Assembly (NCBI GenBank): GCA_038998335.1
Contig: JAVZHQ010000001.1
Location: 384,001 to 448,000 of the forward strand
DNA: 64,000 nt
Direction: 5' to 3'
From: Candidatus Aenigmatarchaeota archaeon
Lineage (GTDB): Archaea; Aenigmatarchaeota; Aenigmatarchaeia; CG10238-14; SCSR01
The notes below the pieces were generated by a model that saw only the letters and a program-made list of their open reading frames with translations, was not told the DNA's origin and did no database searches. The position numbers were made by a program, and so were the translations under genes. This document shows, piece after piece, positions 1 through 10,072 of this stretch. Positions within the stretch are counted from its first letter, which is position 1. Each line of letters opens with the position of its first letter.

Positions 1-2
1 AC

Positions 3-800
3 CCAAAAATGCTTTTTGATAAAAATCTCCTTGGTTCGAATGTTTTTAAAGAGCTTTATTGTTTCCAAGATATAGAAGGGAAAAGAATATGTTTAAGGTT
101 TGACCATACTATTTCCTTGTTAAGGATTGTTAGAACCAACAAAAATCTAAAATATCCTTTAAAGAGATACGCGATCGGCCCGGTTTGGAGATTCGAGAAA
201 AAAATAGAAGCAAACCGCTGGAGAGAATTTTGGCAAGCAGATGTGGATATAGTTGGGGGCAAAGAAGTAGAAATGGATGCCACATGTTTAGATATCGTTA
301 ATGAATGCTTAAGGGAAGTTGGCATAAAAGATTTTATATTTAGGTTTAATTCAAGAGAGGTTATTCACGAAATAATATCAAAAAAAGTTGGAAGGAAATA
401 TATGGATAAGATAATGCTTTTTCTAGACAAGGAAAGAATAAATGAACTTAAAAAAGTGGTCACGAAAAAATCTCCTGAATTAATTGAACTGGTAGAAATG
501 AAAGATTCTAACGAAAAAAAGTTACTTTTTTTAAAAGAAAATTTCCTGGGTATAAGCGGCGTCGAAAAATTGTTTAAATTTTACCGAAAATTAAGAGAAA
601 CAATTCGAGATAAAAACTTAGAATTTAATATCAGAACAGTTAGGGGCTTGAGATATTACACTTCATTGGTTTATGAAGTTTACATTAAAAATGTAGGATG
701 TTGTGGTGGCGGAAGTTATAAAGCTATTACTTATAGCAGAAAGGTATTGCCGGCAGCTGGCTTATCTTTGGGTTTGTTCAGGATCTTATATATGGAATAA
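3..800 (+). CDS. Histidyl-tRNA synthetase-like / HisZ-like catalytic domain (5' end outside window)
   Basis: LRFDHT, motif 2 WRFE...RWREFWQADVDIVG, RGLRYYT and motif 3 GLSLGLFRI; stops before an anticodon-binding domain. Confidence 0.8.
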   Translation, partial: PKMLFDKNLLGSNVFKELYCFQDIEGKRICLRFDHTISLLRIVRTNKNLKYPLKRYAIGPVWRFEKKIEANRWREFWQADVDIVGGKEVEMDATCLDIVNECLREVGIKDFIFRFNSREVIHEIISKKVGRKYMDKIMLFLDKERINELKKVVTKKSPELIELVEMKDSNEKKLLFLKENFLGISGVEKLFKFYRKLRETIRDKNLEFNIRTVRGLRYYTSLVYEVYIKNVGCCGGGSYKAITYSRKVLPAAGLSLGLFRILYME

Positions 801-838
801 AATTTTTTGAAAATTTGAGAATTTTTCCAGAGAGCTTT

Positions 839-3800
839 CTAAATAAGCAACCTTAAGCTTGGGTTGTACTTTACACCTTTTTGTATTGCACTTCTCATTA
901 TTTCCTTAACTTCTGTAAAAAATTCTTTTATCACTTCTTGAGCTTTGGCTTCGCCTATTTCAACCTTATCCATCTTTTCTTCCAAAACTTTTGTCAATTC
1001 CTCGTTCAGATATTTTCCGTATTTTTCCCTCAAGAAAAAGTAAACCTTTGCACCAAGCAAAGTTGAAACAAGCCTTTTATTAATTTCTTTAACATATTCT
1101 CTTTTCTTCAAAATTTCCAAAATTTTAGCATAAGTTGAAGGTCTTCCTATACCTTTTTCTTTCATCATAGAAACTATTTCAGAATAAGTAAACGGATAGT
1201 AAGCTTGAACCACTTTTCTTCTAACAAAGGAAATCCATTGTTTTCCTTCTTTAACTTCTGGAATTTCTTTTGTATAAACAGGAGCAATTTTTGAAAAGCC
1301 CTCTTCTATTATTCTTGTTAAAAACTCGAAATCCATTTCTTTTCCTGCTATTAACACTTTCATATAAACCTTTTCTACCTTCGTAGCTTTCATTTGACTT
1401 GCTATAAATCTTTTGAAAATTATATCATAAGCCTTAAGCTCTTGCTCGCTCAAAGCAACTCTAATTGTTTTAAGAGCTATCATGCTTCTCAATCTTTCCA
1501 GATCTATAGCTTTTGTTGGCCTAATGCATTCATGAGCTCCTTCAGTTTGCCACTTCCTTTCCTTAACAAAGTTTTCTCCAAATTTTGAAGAAATATAGTC
1601 TTTTGCTATAGCTATTCCTGTGCTGCTTACAGTAGTACTGCTAGTTCTGTGATAAGTTATTAGACCACTTTCGAAAAGTTTTTGAGCTATTTTCATAGCT
1701 TCGTTTGCGTCAATTTTTAAGGAAGAAGTAAGGGCAGAAATTAAAGTATCAGTTGTAAAAGGAGGATATGGGTTAAGCTCCTCTACTTTTCTTTCTACCT
1801 TGAGAATTTCTGCAACTCTATTTTTCAAAATTTTCTTCCATGTTCCGAGCTCGCTCTTGAAAGAAAGTTTTAGACCATTCTTTAAAGTAATGTTTATTAG
1901 CTCTTGTTTTTCCTTCAACTTTTTAGTTCTTTCGTATATCCAACCTAGAACAGGGGTTTGAACCCTACCTGCTGATAATCTGTTATTGTTGAAAACTTTC
2001 CAGAGTACTGGGCTTATGCTGAAACCTATCCATCTATCTTGAATTCTTCTCACAACTTGCGCTTCCACAAGCTTAAGATCAAAATCCTCTAAATTTTTTA
2101 AACTGTTAATTATTCCTTTTTTTGTAACTTCATGAAACCTTGCTCTTTTGATGTTTTGATTGAATGGTTTAAGCAAAAGATACAAGTCAAAAGCTATCTT
2201 TTCTCCTTCGGCATCTGGATCTGTGCCTATTACTACTTTATCGACTAAGCTTGCAATTTTTCTCAAAACTTTAATTCTTGGCTCAGAGCTAACAAAATCT
2301 TTTCTATTGCAAATAGGGCAAACATCATTTTCAACTTCTTTTCCACAATATCTACATTTTTTAATTGTCCTATAAACAGGAATGAACTCATCGTTAACTT
2401 TAACTCCAAACAAACCTTCAACCAAATCTAAATCAGTAATGTGGCCTTTGCTTGCCGTTATTATAGCTAAAGAATTCTCGATAAAAACTTCAAAAGTTTT
2501 CAAGTCTTCTACAGTTTTTCTGAAAGGTCTTCCAAAGTACCTTGCTATAGTCCTTGCTTTGTTCGGCGATTCCACTATGAAAAGAATAGTAGAAAGAGAA
2601 ACTTTTTCCTCAACCTTAAGCTTACCTTCTTGTGCTAGCAAGACTTTTTCCCTATCTTTATCTATTTCCCTTATCAAAGAAGGCAAGTCAACATCTTCAA
2701 AATTTTTCCACTCTATTTCTTCAAGATAGCCAAGCTCTTTTTTAAGGTTATTAAATGCTTTTTCATCGTCTATAATCATAATGCTTAGCCCTTTTGTTAG
2801 GCCTGCTATGTAAAGTCTACTAGTTCTTCCGCTTGCTTGAATGTAAGCAACCTCGTCAACTACCAAAAAATAATATTCGTTTTTTTCAAACCCAAAGGAT
2901 ATGGTAGGAGATTCTTTTAAGGTTTTGAGTATATTTTGATCATTAAGTATTTTTTGAAAAAATTCCATTCCTTTTAAGGCAACTTTTCTCGTGTACTCAA
3001 GAAAACCTTCCAATTTCTTATTCTCTTTCAAAGCTTCTCTGACAATTTTCAATTGTTCTAAGGTTAGAGTTTTGATTTTAGCCAACTTTTGAACTAAAAC
3101 CTCAAATTCTTTCTTATAATCTTCTCCTATTGCATAGGAAATGTTGTTCAAAAGCATAAGCCATTTTGTAGGATGAAACTCTTGAAGGTTAATTCTTATA
3201 AAAAACTTTGGAACGCCTACAAAAACAGCGTACCTTATTCTATGCGGCAAATCTATTCCTCTAACTAATGGACTTCTTAGAGTTGCCATTCCTATTAAAC
3301 AATCTAGCTCGCCTTTATCAAACATTTCAAAGTATTTTTTGTTTGGCTTGAGAAAAGCCCTTGCTTTTACGTTTTTTTCTTGTAAGTGTTTCTCTAAACT
3401 TTCTGCAAACTCACTTCCTTTATCGGTAGGAACAAAAATTAAAGCTCCGCCTCCAACTTTTTTAATTATTTCTACAACCTCTTCTTCCAAAGGTCTTTTT
3501 GGCTTAAGGTAAGAATCTAAGATTTTTCTTCCAAATTCAACTTTACCTCCAAGCGTAAAACCAAAAATTCTGGCCAAAATAAGAATGCTTTTAGTTCTTT
3601 TTCCTCTTGGCGTGGCACCACTTACTATAACTTGACACTTAATTTCTTCTTCACTTTTCATTTTTTCTATTTTTTGCAAAGCATCTTTTAGTTCAATCTT
3701 CTTTTCATAAATTTTTAGAATTATGTTCTTAATTTTTCTTGGTAGTTTTAGCATTTTAAAAACGTACATAACGCTTTTACTTCTCTTAAGAAAACTGTCA

Positions 3801-4387
3801 ACGTCATCGACAAAAACTAAATCAACGTTTTGTGAGTTTATTTCTTCCTTTTTCATTATGCTTAAGTGGGTAGTAACTATTATGTGAGCTTTTGCCATTT
3901 TTTTAAGCTGTTCTTCTTTCTCTTTTTTTGTTAGCATGCTGTGATAAAATGCTATTTCTGTTTTTAGGTTAAGAGTTTCTTTAAAATTAATCAATTTCTG
4001 GCTGACTTGATGAACAAGGATGCTTGTTGGTAAAATTATTAAACATCTTTTGTTCATTTTTGAGGAAGCGTACAAGCTTAGTATAACTTGCATAGTAGTC
4101 TTTCCGCTTCCTGTGGGAGCGATCAAAGCAAAACTTTCTCCTTCCAAAAACCTTCTTGCCCAAAACCTTTGCAAAGCCCACATGTCAGTTTTCAAAATTT
4201 TCTGAAAAATTTTCTCGATTTCTTCCAGATTTTTATTTCTTAAAGCTAGCCTAGTAAGAAAACCTTCTCTCATTTCTTTCGAACGCTCTGGCAAGCAAAT
4301 TTCGCAGGGCAAGCCTCTTTCCAGTCTTTCAGAAGTTATAGTATTTCCGCAATTCGGGCAAAGTCCCTTATATTCAAATTCCATCAT
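839..4387 (-). CDS. rgy: Reverse gyrase
   Basis: N-terminal Zn finger, APTGSGKT, DDVD, QASGRTSR helicase-like half fused to type IA topoisomerase (VESPNKA, DPDAEGE, SAGRVQTP, ITYHRT). Confidence 0.97.
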   Translation of the reverse strand: MMEFEYKGLCPNCGNTITSERLERGLPCEICLPERSKEMREGFLTRLALRNKNLEEIEKIFQKILKTDMWALQRFWARRFLEGESFALIAPTGSGKTTMQVILSLYASSKMNKRCLIILPTSILVHQVSQKLINFKETLNLKTEIAFYHSMLTKKEKEEQLKKMAKAHIIVTTHLSIMKKEEINSQNVDLVFVDDVDSFLKRSKSVMYVFKMLKLPRKIKNIILKIYEKKIELKDALQKIEKMKSEEEIKCQVIVSGATPRGKRTKSILILARIFGFTLGGKVEFGRKILDSYLKPKRPLEEEVVEIIKKVGGGALIFVPTDKGSEFAESLEKHLQEKNVKARAFLKPNKKYFEMFDKGELDCLIGMATLRSPLVRGIDLPHRIRYAVFVGVPKFFIRINLQEFHPTKWLMLLNNISYAIGEDYKKEFEVLVQKLAKIKTLTLEQLKIVREALKENKKLEGFLEYTRKVALKGMEFFQKILNDQNILKTLKESPTISFGFEKNEYYFLVVDEVAYIQASGRTSRLYIAGLTKGLSIMIIDDEKAFNNLKKELGYLEEIEWKNFEDVDLPSLIREIDKDREKVLLAQEGKLKVEEKVSLSTILFIVESPNKARTIARYFGRPFRKTVEDLKTFEVFIENSLAIITASKGHITDLDLVEGLFGVKVNDEFIPVYRTIKKCRYCGKEVENDVCPICNRKDFVSSEPRIKVLRKIASLVDKVVIGTDPDAEGEKIAFDLYLLLKPFNQNIKRARFHEVTKKGIINSLKNLEDFDLKLVEAQVVRRIQDRWIGFSISPVLWKVFNNNRLSAGRVQTPVLGWIYERTKKLKEKQELINITLKNGLKLSFKSELGTWKKILKNRVAEILKVERKVEELNPYPPFTTDTLISALTSSLKIDANEAMKIAQKLFESGLITYHRTSSTTVSSTGIAIAKDYISSKFGENFVKERKWQTEGAHECIRPTKAIDLERLRSMIALKTIRVALSEQELKAYDIIFKRFIASQMKATKVEKVYMKVLIAGKEMDFEFLTRIIEEGFSKIAPVYTKEIPEVKEGKQWISFVRRKVVQAYYPFTYSEIVSMMKEKGIGRPSTYAKILEILKKREYVKEINKRLVSTLLGAKVYFFLREKYGKYLNEELTKVLEEKMDKVEIGEAKAQEVIKEFFTEVKEIMRSAIQKGVKYNPSLRLLI

Positions 4388-4526
4388 ACTTAACCCTTAA
4401 TTTGAGATTATTTTTAAAGTTTATAGACGAAAAAAATTTATTTTTCCTTTATAATTATTTAGAAATAGGTGTTGCCTGCCGTGGGTAGTAAAATCTGTTT
4501 CCCAGGATTCGACGGTAAAGGTGGGT

Positions 4527-4865
4527 ATGATGAGTATTCACCTTATCGTCGAGTTCATGGGGGTAAAGCCAGAAAAAATATCGAAAGTAAAGCCTGTTAA
4601 AAGAATTTTGGATAGTGTTATTTCTAAAGCTGGCTTAAAAGTTGTCTCCTCAAGTTTCCACCAGTTTAAACCTTTTGGCGTTTCTGCTGTTTATCTTTTA
4701 AGGGAATCTCATTTAAGCATTCACACCTGGCCTGAACTTGGTTATGTGGCTCTAGACATTTTTACTTGTGGGAATGAAAAAAGTGCTCTTAAAGCTTTTG
4801 AATTGCTAGTCAAAAAATTCGAACCAAAGAAGATAAAAAAGAAGATAATAAGGAGGTATGGATGA
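4527..4865 (+). CDS. speD: S-adenosylmethionine decarboxylase proenzyme
   Basis: HQFKPFGVS...LRESHLSIHTWPE...DIFTCG pyruvoyl cleavage signature. Confidence 0.92.
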   Translation: MMSIHLIVEFMGVKPEKISKVKPVKRILDSVISKAGLKVVSSSFHQFKPFGVSAVYLLRESHLSIHTWPELGYVALDIFTCGNEKSALKAFELLVKKFEPKKIKKKIIRRYG

Positions 4866-5881
4866 TGAAAAGAATAAAAGCAAAAATTTTGAATGAAATA
4901 GCAGAATCTCCCAAGAACTTATGGGAAATCCTTGAAAAGTCTGATTTCTTGCTTAGAGATTCTATCGATACCTTAAGAAAACTTTACAAAAATGGCTTAA
5001 TAGAAAGTAAAAAGAGAAAAATAGTTCTCACAAAAAGCGGGAAAAAACTGATTAACAAAAAAAGCTTAGCCCTTAAGCCTGAACTCTGCCATAAATGTCT
5101 GGGGAAAAGAATAGTTTTAAACAAAAAGCTCAAAGAACTCCTTAAAGGATACAAGAAAATCGTAAAGGAAAGGCCTTTGCCAACAGAAAAATTCTTTCAA
5201 GGCTATATGCAAGAGTTTGACGTAATAACAAGAGTTGCTTTCATGCATTATAACAACGACTTGGACAAGAAGAAAATCATTTTAATAGGCGATGATGATT
5301 TGCTTAGCATAGCCTTAGCTCTTACAAGTTTACCTTCAAGAATTCTTGTTTTGGATATTGATGAAAGAATAGGAAGTTTCGTGGAAAAGGTTAGCAAGAA
5401 GTATAAGCTCGATATAGAGTTTCAAGAATATAACGTTGAAGAACCTTTACCAAAAAAGTTTTTAGGAAAGTTTGATGTTTTCTCTTCAGAACCTTTAGAA
5501 ACGCTTACCGGACTTAAGGCTTTCATCTTGCGCGGAGTTTCTGCTTTAAAGAAGAATTCTTCAGGATATTTCGGTTTAACTCATGCTGAAGCTTCTCTCA
5601 AAAAATGGTTGGAAATTGAAAAATTCTTAACAAGGATGAACTGCGTGATAACAGATTTGATAGCTGGTTTTTCGGTTTATCCCACTATTTATGGAGATTT
5701 AAGTTATGAGAATTTTGTTAAAAAGCTTCCTTTCAAGGTTCCGGAAAATAAAGGAATTAACTGGTACAAATCAGCTTTATTCAGGTTTGAAGTTTTGGAA
5801 AAGCCGAAAGTTTCTGTTTTGAACAAGAAGATGAGAATAGAGTTCATAGATAAGGAAGAGGATATAACTTTTCCAGGTTAG
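4862..5881 (+). CDS. bpsA: N4-bis(aminopropyl)spermidine synthase (branched-chain polyamine synthase)
   Basis: N-terminal wHTH plus CxxC, GDDDLLSIAL, DIDER, GYFGLT, WYKS; adjacent to speD. Confidence 0.88.
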   Translation: MMKRIKAKILNEIAESPKNLWEILEKSDFLLRDSIDTLRKLYKNGLIESKKRKIVLTKSGKKLINKKSLALKPELCHKCLGKRIVLNKKLKELLKGYKKIVKERPLPTEKFFQGYMQEFDVITRVAFMHYNNDLDKKKIILIGDDDLLSIALALTSLPSRILVLDIDERIGSFVEKVSKKYKLDIEFQEYNVEEPLPKKFLGKFDVFSSEPLETLTGLKAFILRGVSALKKNSSGYFGLTHAEASLKKWLEIEKFLTRMNCVITDLIAGFSVYPTIYGDLSYENFVKKLPFKVPENKGINWYKSALFRFEVLEKPKVSVLNKKMRIEFIDKEEDITFPG

Positions 5882-6294
5882 GAAATTTTTCCCAAAAGTT
5901 TGGTTAGCTTGAAAAAAGCTTCTTCCGGAGTTTTACATTTTTCGACAGCTTTTTCAAAAGGACAAGTTTCTGTTTTATTTTTATTGAGAATCCTTTCCGC
6001 TAAGGTCTCATACTCGTAGGGAATTCCATTTTCCTTTAAAACTTCTAAACCATGCTTACTTAAAACCTTGGCAAAAACATTTTTCACTTGAGAAAAAGCA
6101 AGAAGAAAAGCTGCAGCTTTTCCAACTATTTTATCAGCAACACTTGAAGCTTTAACATCAAATTCTGTAACAGCTTTTAACAAATCTTTTATTCCACTTG
6201 AACTACTTTCAAAAATAATTTTACTATCTTTAACAAAGACTAAAGCTAAATTTTTTTCTTTCATCGTTTGCTTAGCTATTTCTAAATCTTCCAC
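5878..6294 (-). CDS. DUF1893 (TM1506-like) protein
   Basis: VADKIVGKAAA and CPFEK motifs. Confidence 0.8.
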   Translation of the reverse strand: MEDLEIAKQTMKEKNLALVFVKDSKIIFESSSSGIKDLLKAVTEFDVKASSVADKIVGKAAAFLLAFSQVKNVFAKVLSKHGLEVLKENGIPYEYETLAERILNKNKTETCPFEKAVEKCKTPEEAFFKLTKLLGKIS

Positions 6295-6320
6295 TTTTAA
6301 TTTAATGAGCTTGAAAAATT

Positions 6321-6566
6321 TTAAATTCTTTCAACTTTTTCTTCTTCTATTAACCATAGTCCATAGAAATTTTGGCCTCTGTGATGTCTTGTAAAACCTA
6401 TACCAAAACTTAAGTTTTCATCTACTTTGTAAACTTCCAGAGTTGCATCTTCAGGGAAAAAATAATGAACTATCTTTGGTTTAATTTGTTTAACTTCTTC
6501 TAGGGAAAGACCTAGCAAATTACAAGCAGCAAGCAAAGCTTTTTCCTCACTTTCGTATTCTTCCAT
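6321..6566 (-). CDS. Hypothetical protein
   Basis: 81-aa ORF with host-like composition filling the gap between genes. Confidence 0.55.
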   Translation of the reverse strand: MEEYESEEKALLAACNLLGLSLEEVKQIKPKIVHYFFPEDATLEVYKVDENLSFGIGFTRHHRGQNFYGLWLIEEEKVERI

Positions 6567-6642
6567 AATTAAGAAATAAAAGAAAAAATTTAATCTTTTA
6601 GTTTGTCGGATTTTTTATCTTTTTAATGCTTAATTAAAATTT

Positions 6643-7065
6643 ATGGAAACTTTTAATGAAGTAGTTAAAGGTTATCTTTATTTTAGAAGAGTTTACCTTT
6701 TGGACAAATTTGAATACGGAAAAAGCTTGGTTGCGCCTAAAAATTTTTTTGATAAGCTAGGGATAAAAATTACTCAAATTTCAATCAAATTCAAACCAAT
6801 ATCAGGAGAAGAAATGAAAAATAAAGTGAGAAAATATTCGGGCAAAAGTTCTGTAAGAAATGCTTCTAAAAGATTGGAAGAAGAATGGTTGGAATGTCAT
6901 TTGCTAAAATCAAAATTTAGCTATCATTACAGCATCTTTTATAATCCAATAACCCAAATCCAAATAGAAGAAATTTTCTATGCAACAAGCCAATGGTTTG
7001 ACAGTTATGAGCTTTTGCCTGGTGTAAAAATTGTGGTAAAGATTCCAGGAGAGTATTTAGTTTAA
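6643..7065 (+). CDS. Hypothetical protein
   Basis: 140-aa ORF, ATG start, no recognised motif. Confidence 0.6.
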   Translation: METFNEVVKGYLYFRRVYLLDKFEYGKSLVAPKNFFDKLGIKITQISIKFKPISGEEMKNKVRKYSGKSSVRNASKRLEEEWLECHLLKSKFSYHYSIFYNPITQIQIEEIFYATSQWFDSYELLPGVKIVVKIPGEYLV

Positions 7066-7117
7066 TAATGAATTTACTTTTATATTTAATTAAGTCAAGG
7101 ATAATTTTTAATAGAAA

Positions 7118-7214
7118 GCGCCAGTAATCTAACCTGGTAGGATTAACTATACTAATACCAGCTTCCCAAATCTGGAATAAGCTGGGTGTCCGGGTTCAAA
7201 TCCCGGCTGGCGCA
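7118..7214 (+). tRNA. tRNA-Gly(CCC) with two short introns (~7144-7156 and 7169-7179)
   Basis: Acceptor GCGCCAG/CTGGCGC, T arm CCGGG-TTCAAAT-CCCGG, anticodon stem CCAGC/GCTGG; removing 13 + 11 nt gives a 73-nt tRNA. Confidence 0.88.
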
Positions 7215-7254
7215 TAAGTTAAGCATAAATCCTTTTTCTTTCTTTTTTAACTTG

Positions 7255-8760
7255 ATGACTTCGATAACTTTTTACGGTGGAGTAGGAGAAGTTGGAGGAA
7301 ACAAAATTTTAATAGAAGATAAAAATACAAAAGTTTTCCTAGATTTTGGAACTTCCTTCGGAAAAATAAAAAGATTTTATAAAGATCCTTTTTCTTCGCC
7401 AAGAAGCTTGTTAGATAGATTTGTTATGGGAATTCTTCCAAGTTTGGAAGGAGTATACAATCCTGCTATGCTCAAGAAGATAGGTAAAAAGCCTCATGAA
7501 GAGCCTTTAATAAACGCTTGCATTTTATCTCACTCTCATCTTGACCATTTTGGTGATATTGGTTTTCTTGACCCCAACATACCTGTATACTGCTCAAGAG
7601 AAACTTATTGCACAATAAGAGCTTATGAAGATGTTACAAAAGGCTTGGAAGAAAAGCAATGGACTTACTACCAAGAATCAAGAAAATTTGACGACTGGAT
7701 ACCTATAGGGTATTATATAATAGACGAACTTGGAAAAGCACATAAAGCACCAAAAGAAAAAGCTACACATGAAAGGGTAATAATTCAGTTCGAAATTCCT
7801 CCTGAGGAAATAAAAAGAAATTTTATTCAAAGATTAAAATCCAAAATTGATGATTTAGAAGTTGAACTTTATCCTGTAGACCATAGCTCTTTTGACGCTC
7901 AAGCTTGTATACTCTACACTTCTGACGCAAAAATAGCTTACACAGGAGATATAAGGTTTCACGGCTTCAAAACACAAGAAAGCATAAAATTTGTAGAAGA
8001 GGCAAGGAATGCAGATATTCTTATAACAGAAGGGACTAAAATTAACGAGGAAGTAAATTTCACGGAGTATGATGTAGAAGAAAAAACAAAGGAAATTGTA
8101 AGAAATACAAAAGGTTTGGTTTTGATTGACTTCTCTTCAAGAAATTTGGAGGAATTTTTGATTTACAAGAGAATAGCAGAAGAAACAGGAAGGAAGTTTG
8201 TAACTTCTCCTAAGAATGCCTTGTTTCTTTTGTATAAGGATATGAGAAACTTGATAAAGGAAAGGTTTTCCAATTTTTTATCAAAAATTCTTGTTTTTGA
8301 AAAAAATGCTTCTTCAACAAGGTCTAAAAGAAGTATTTCTCGGTATAAAGAAGTTGAAGTAGTTAAAGATGAGGAAATAAAAAATAATCCTCAAAATTAT
8401 ATAGTAAACCTAAGCTTTTATGATTTTGACAAGCTTGTTGACTTTTCTCCACCAGAAGGAAGTGTTTTGATAGTTAACAACCCGGAACCTTTTGACGAAG
8501 AATCTACTCTTGATGAGGAAAAAATACAAAACTGGTGCAACTACTTTAAACTCAAATATCATAGAATTCATGCTTCAGGTCATTTGGGAAATTCAGATTT
8601 GTTGTGGATGGTAAAAGAAATTAAACCAAAGCATATATTGCCAATTCATTCAAGCCTAGACAATGCTTTACTGATTAGAGAAAGGTTTGGCTCAAACGTT
8701 AAGATTATGAAAGAAGGTGAAGCTTTCAACTTTAGACCTGGTCTTTTAAATTTCATTTAA
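7255..8760 (+). CDS. Metallo-beta-lactamase/beta-CASP RNase J-like protein (paralog 1)
   Basis: GGVGEVGGN, HSHLDH, VDHS, YTGDIRFHG, HASGH, PIH; start moved to ATG 7255 because the longer ORF overlaps the tRNA. Confidence 0.85.
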   Translation: MTSITFYGGVGEVGGNKILIEDKNTKVFLDFGTSFGKIKRFYKDPFSSPRSLLDRFVMGILPSLEGVYNPAMLKKIGKKPHEEPLINACILSHSHLDHFGDIGFLDPNIPVYCSRETYCTIRAYEDVTKGLEEKQWTYYQESRKFDDWIPIGYYIIDELGKAHKAPKEKATHERVIIQFEIPPEEIKRNFIQRLKSKIDDLEVELYPVDHSSFDAQACILYTSDAKIAYTGDIRFHGFKTQESIKFVEEARNADILITEGTKINEEVNFTEYDVEEKTKEIVRNTKGLVLIDFSSRNLEEFLIYKRIAEETGRKFVTSPKNALFLLYKDMRNLIKERFSNFLSKILVFEKNASSTRSKRSISRYKEVEVVKDEEIKNNPQNYIVNLSFYDFDKLVDFSPPEGSVLIVNNPEPFDEESTLDEEKIQNWCNYFKLKYHRIHASGHLGNSDLLWMVKEIKPKHILPIHSSLDNALLIRERFGSNVKIMKEGEAFNFRPGLLNFI

Positions 8761-8818
8761 AAATTTAAATTCTTTTATATAAAAAACTAAAAATACAATA
8801 TTTTTAAAAAGTGAGAAA

Positions 8819-9181
8819 ATGAGACCAACAGGACCAACAAACCCCTACTTAAAAAAGCTTATAGAAGAGCTTAAGAAAAAAAGCAAGGAATTAAAAGCAC
8901 CTATTTGGCTTAGCGTAGCTGAAAAGTTAGAAAAGCCAAGGAGAAAAAAAGTTGAAGTTAACGTTGTTGATATAGAAAGACATGCAAAGGAAAATGAAAG
9001 TGTGGTTGTCCCTGGTGTAGTTTTGGGTTATGGTGAACTAACAAAACCAGTAAAGGTTGCTGCTTGGCGCTTTAGCTTAAAAGCAAGAGAAAAGATTGAA
9101 AAAGCTGGAGGAAAGTGCATAAGCATAGAAGAATTGCTTAATGAAAACCCAAAAGGTAGTGGAGTAAGAATACTTACGTGA
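8819..9181 (+). CDS. rpl18e: 50S ribosomal protein L18e
   Basis: TNP, VVVPGVVLG, FS..AREKIEKAGG. Confidence 0.95.
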   Translation: MRPTGPTNPYLKKLIEELKKKSKELKAPIWLSVAEKLEKPRRKKVEVNVVDIERHAKENESVVVPGVVLGYGELTKPVKVAAWRFSLKAREKIEKAGGKCISIEELLNENPKGSGVRILT

Positions 9182-9185
9182 TTTT

Positions 9186-9605
9186 ATGATAATAGACGCT
9201 GAAAACCAAATCCTTGGAAGGCTTGCTTCAAGAATTGCAAAAAAACTTTTAGAAGGAGAAAAAATAATTGTTGTTAACTGCGAAAAGGCAATAATTTCTG
9301 GGAATCCAAAGTATACGATTAAAAAATACTTAGAAAAAATTCATCGAGGAGATCCTAAGCATGGTCCTTTTTTCCCAAGAACTCCTGACGGAATTTTTAG
9401 AAGAACTGTAAGAGGGATGCTTCCTTGGGATAGGGCAAAAGGTAGAAAAGCTTTTAAAAACTTAAAGGTTTTTATTGGCATCCCAGAAGAGTTAAAAGAT
9501 AGAAAATTTGAGAAGTTTAAGGAAGCTGATGCAAGTAAGCTTAAATGTGAATTTATAAGTTTGGAAGAGCTTTCGATAGCTTTGGGGGCTAAGAAAAGAT
9601 GGTGA
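9186..9605 (+). CDS. rpl13: 50S ribosomal protein L13
   Basis: IDAENQILGRLAS, RRTVRGMLP. Confidence 0.96.
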   Translation: MIIDAENQILGRLASRIAKKLLEGEKIIVVNCEKAIISGNPKYTIKKYLEKIHRGDPKHGPFFPRTPDGIFRRTVRGMLPWDRAKGRKAFKNLKVFIGIPEELKDRKFEKFKEADASKLKCEFISLEELSIALGAKKRW

Positions 9606-10021
9606 AGAAAGAAAAACCAAAAATTGTGATAACCTTGGGAAAAAGAAAAAGTTCTGTAGCAAGAGCTGTAGCCAAAGCAGGAAGCGGAAAAGTAACTATA
9701 AACTCTATACCTTTAGAAATTTGGGGAACTGAGCTTGCTAGAATGAAAATAATGGAACCTTTAGTTCTTGCAGGAGACGCTTCAAAAAAAGTTGATATTG
9801 AAGTTAATGTTAGTGGAGGTGGAACAACAGGGCAAGCAGATGCTGTAAGAATGGCCATTGCTAACGCTTTAGTTGAGTTTTACAAGGATGAAAATCTTAA
9901 AAGAAAATTTCTCGATTATGATAGAAATTTGTTAGTTGCAGATGCTAGAAGGCCTGAACCAAGAAAACCTTCAAGAAGTAAGAAAGGCGCAAGAAGACAT
10001 AAACAGCGCAGCAAAAGATAG
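9599..10021 (+). CDS. rps9: 30S ribosomal protein S9
   Basis: GKRKSSVARA, GGGTTGQADA, QRSKR C-terminus. Confidence 0.96.
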   Translation: MVKKEKPKIVITLGKRKSSVARAVAKAGSGKVTINSIPLEIWGTELARMKIMEPLVLAGDASKKVDIEVNVSGGGTTGQADAVRMAIANALVEFYKDENLKRKFLDYDRNLLVADARRPEPRKPSRSKKGARRHKQRSKR

Positions 10022-10072
10022 ATTGTGCGCATTCTCAATTAAATATTTAAAAATGATTTTGAAATTAAGAAT

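Noticed and set aside
7186-7254. GTG-started N-terminal extension of the RNase J-like ORF
   Set aside because: Overlaps tRNA-Gly; family similarity starts at ATG 7255
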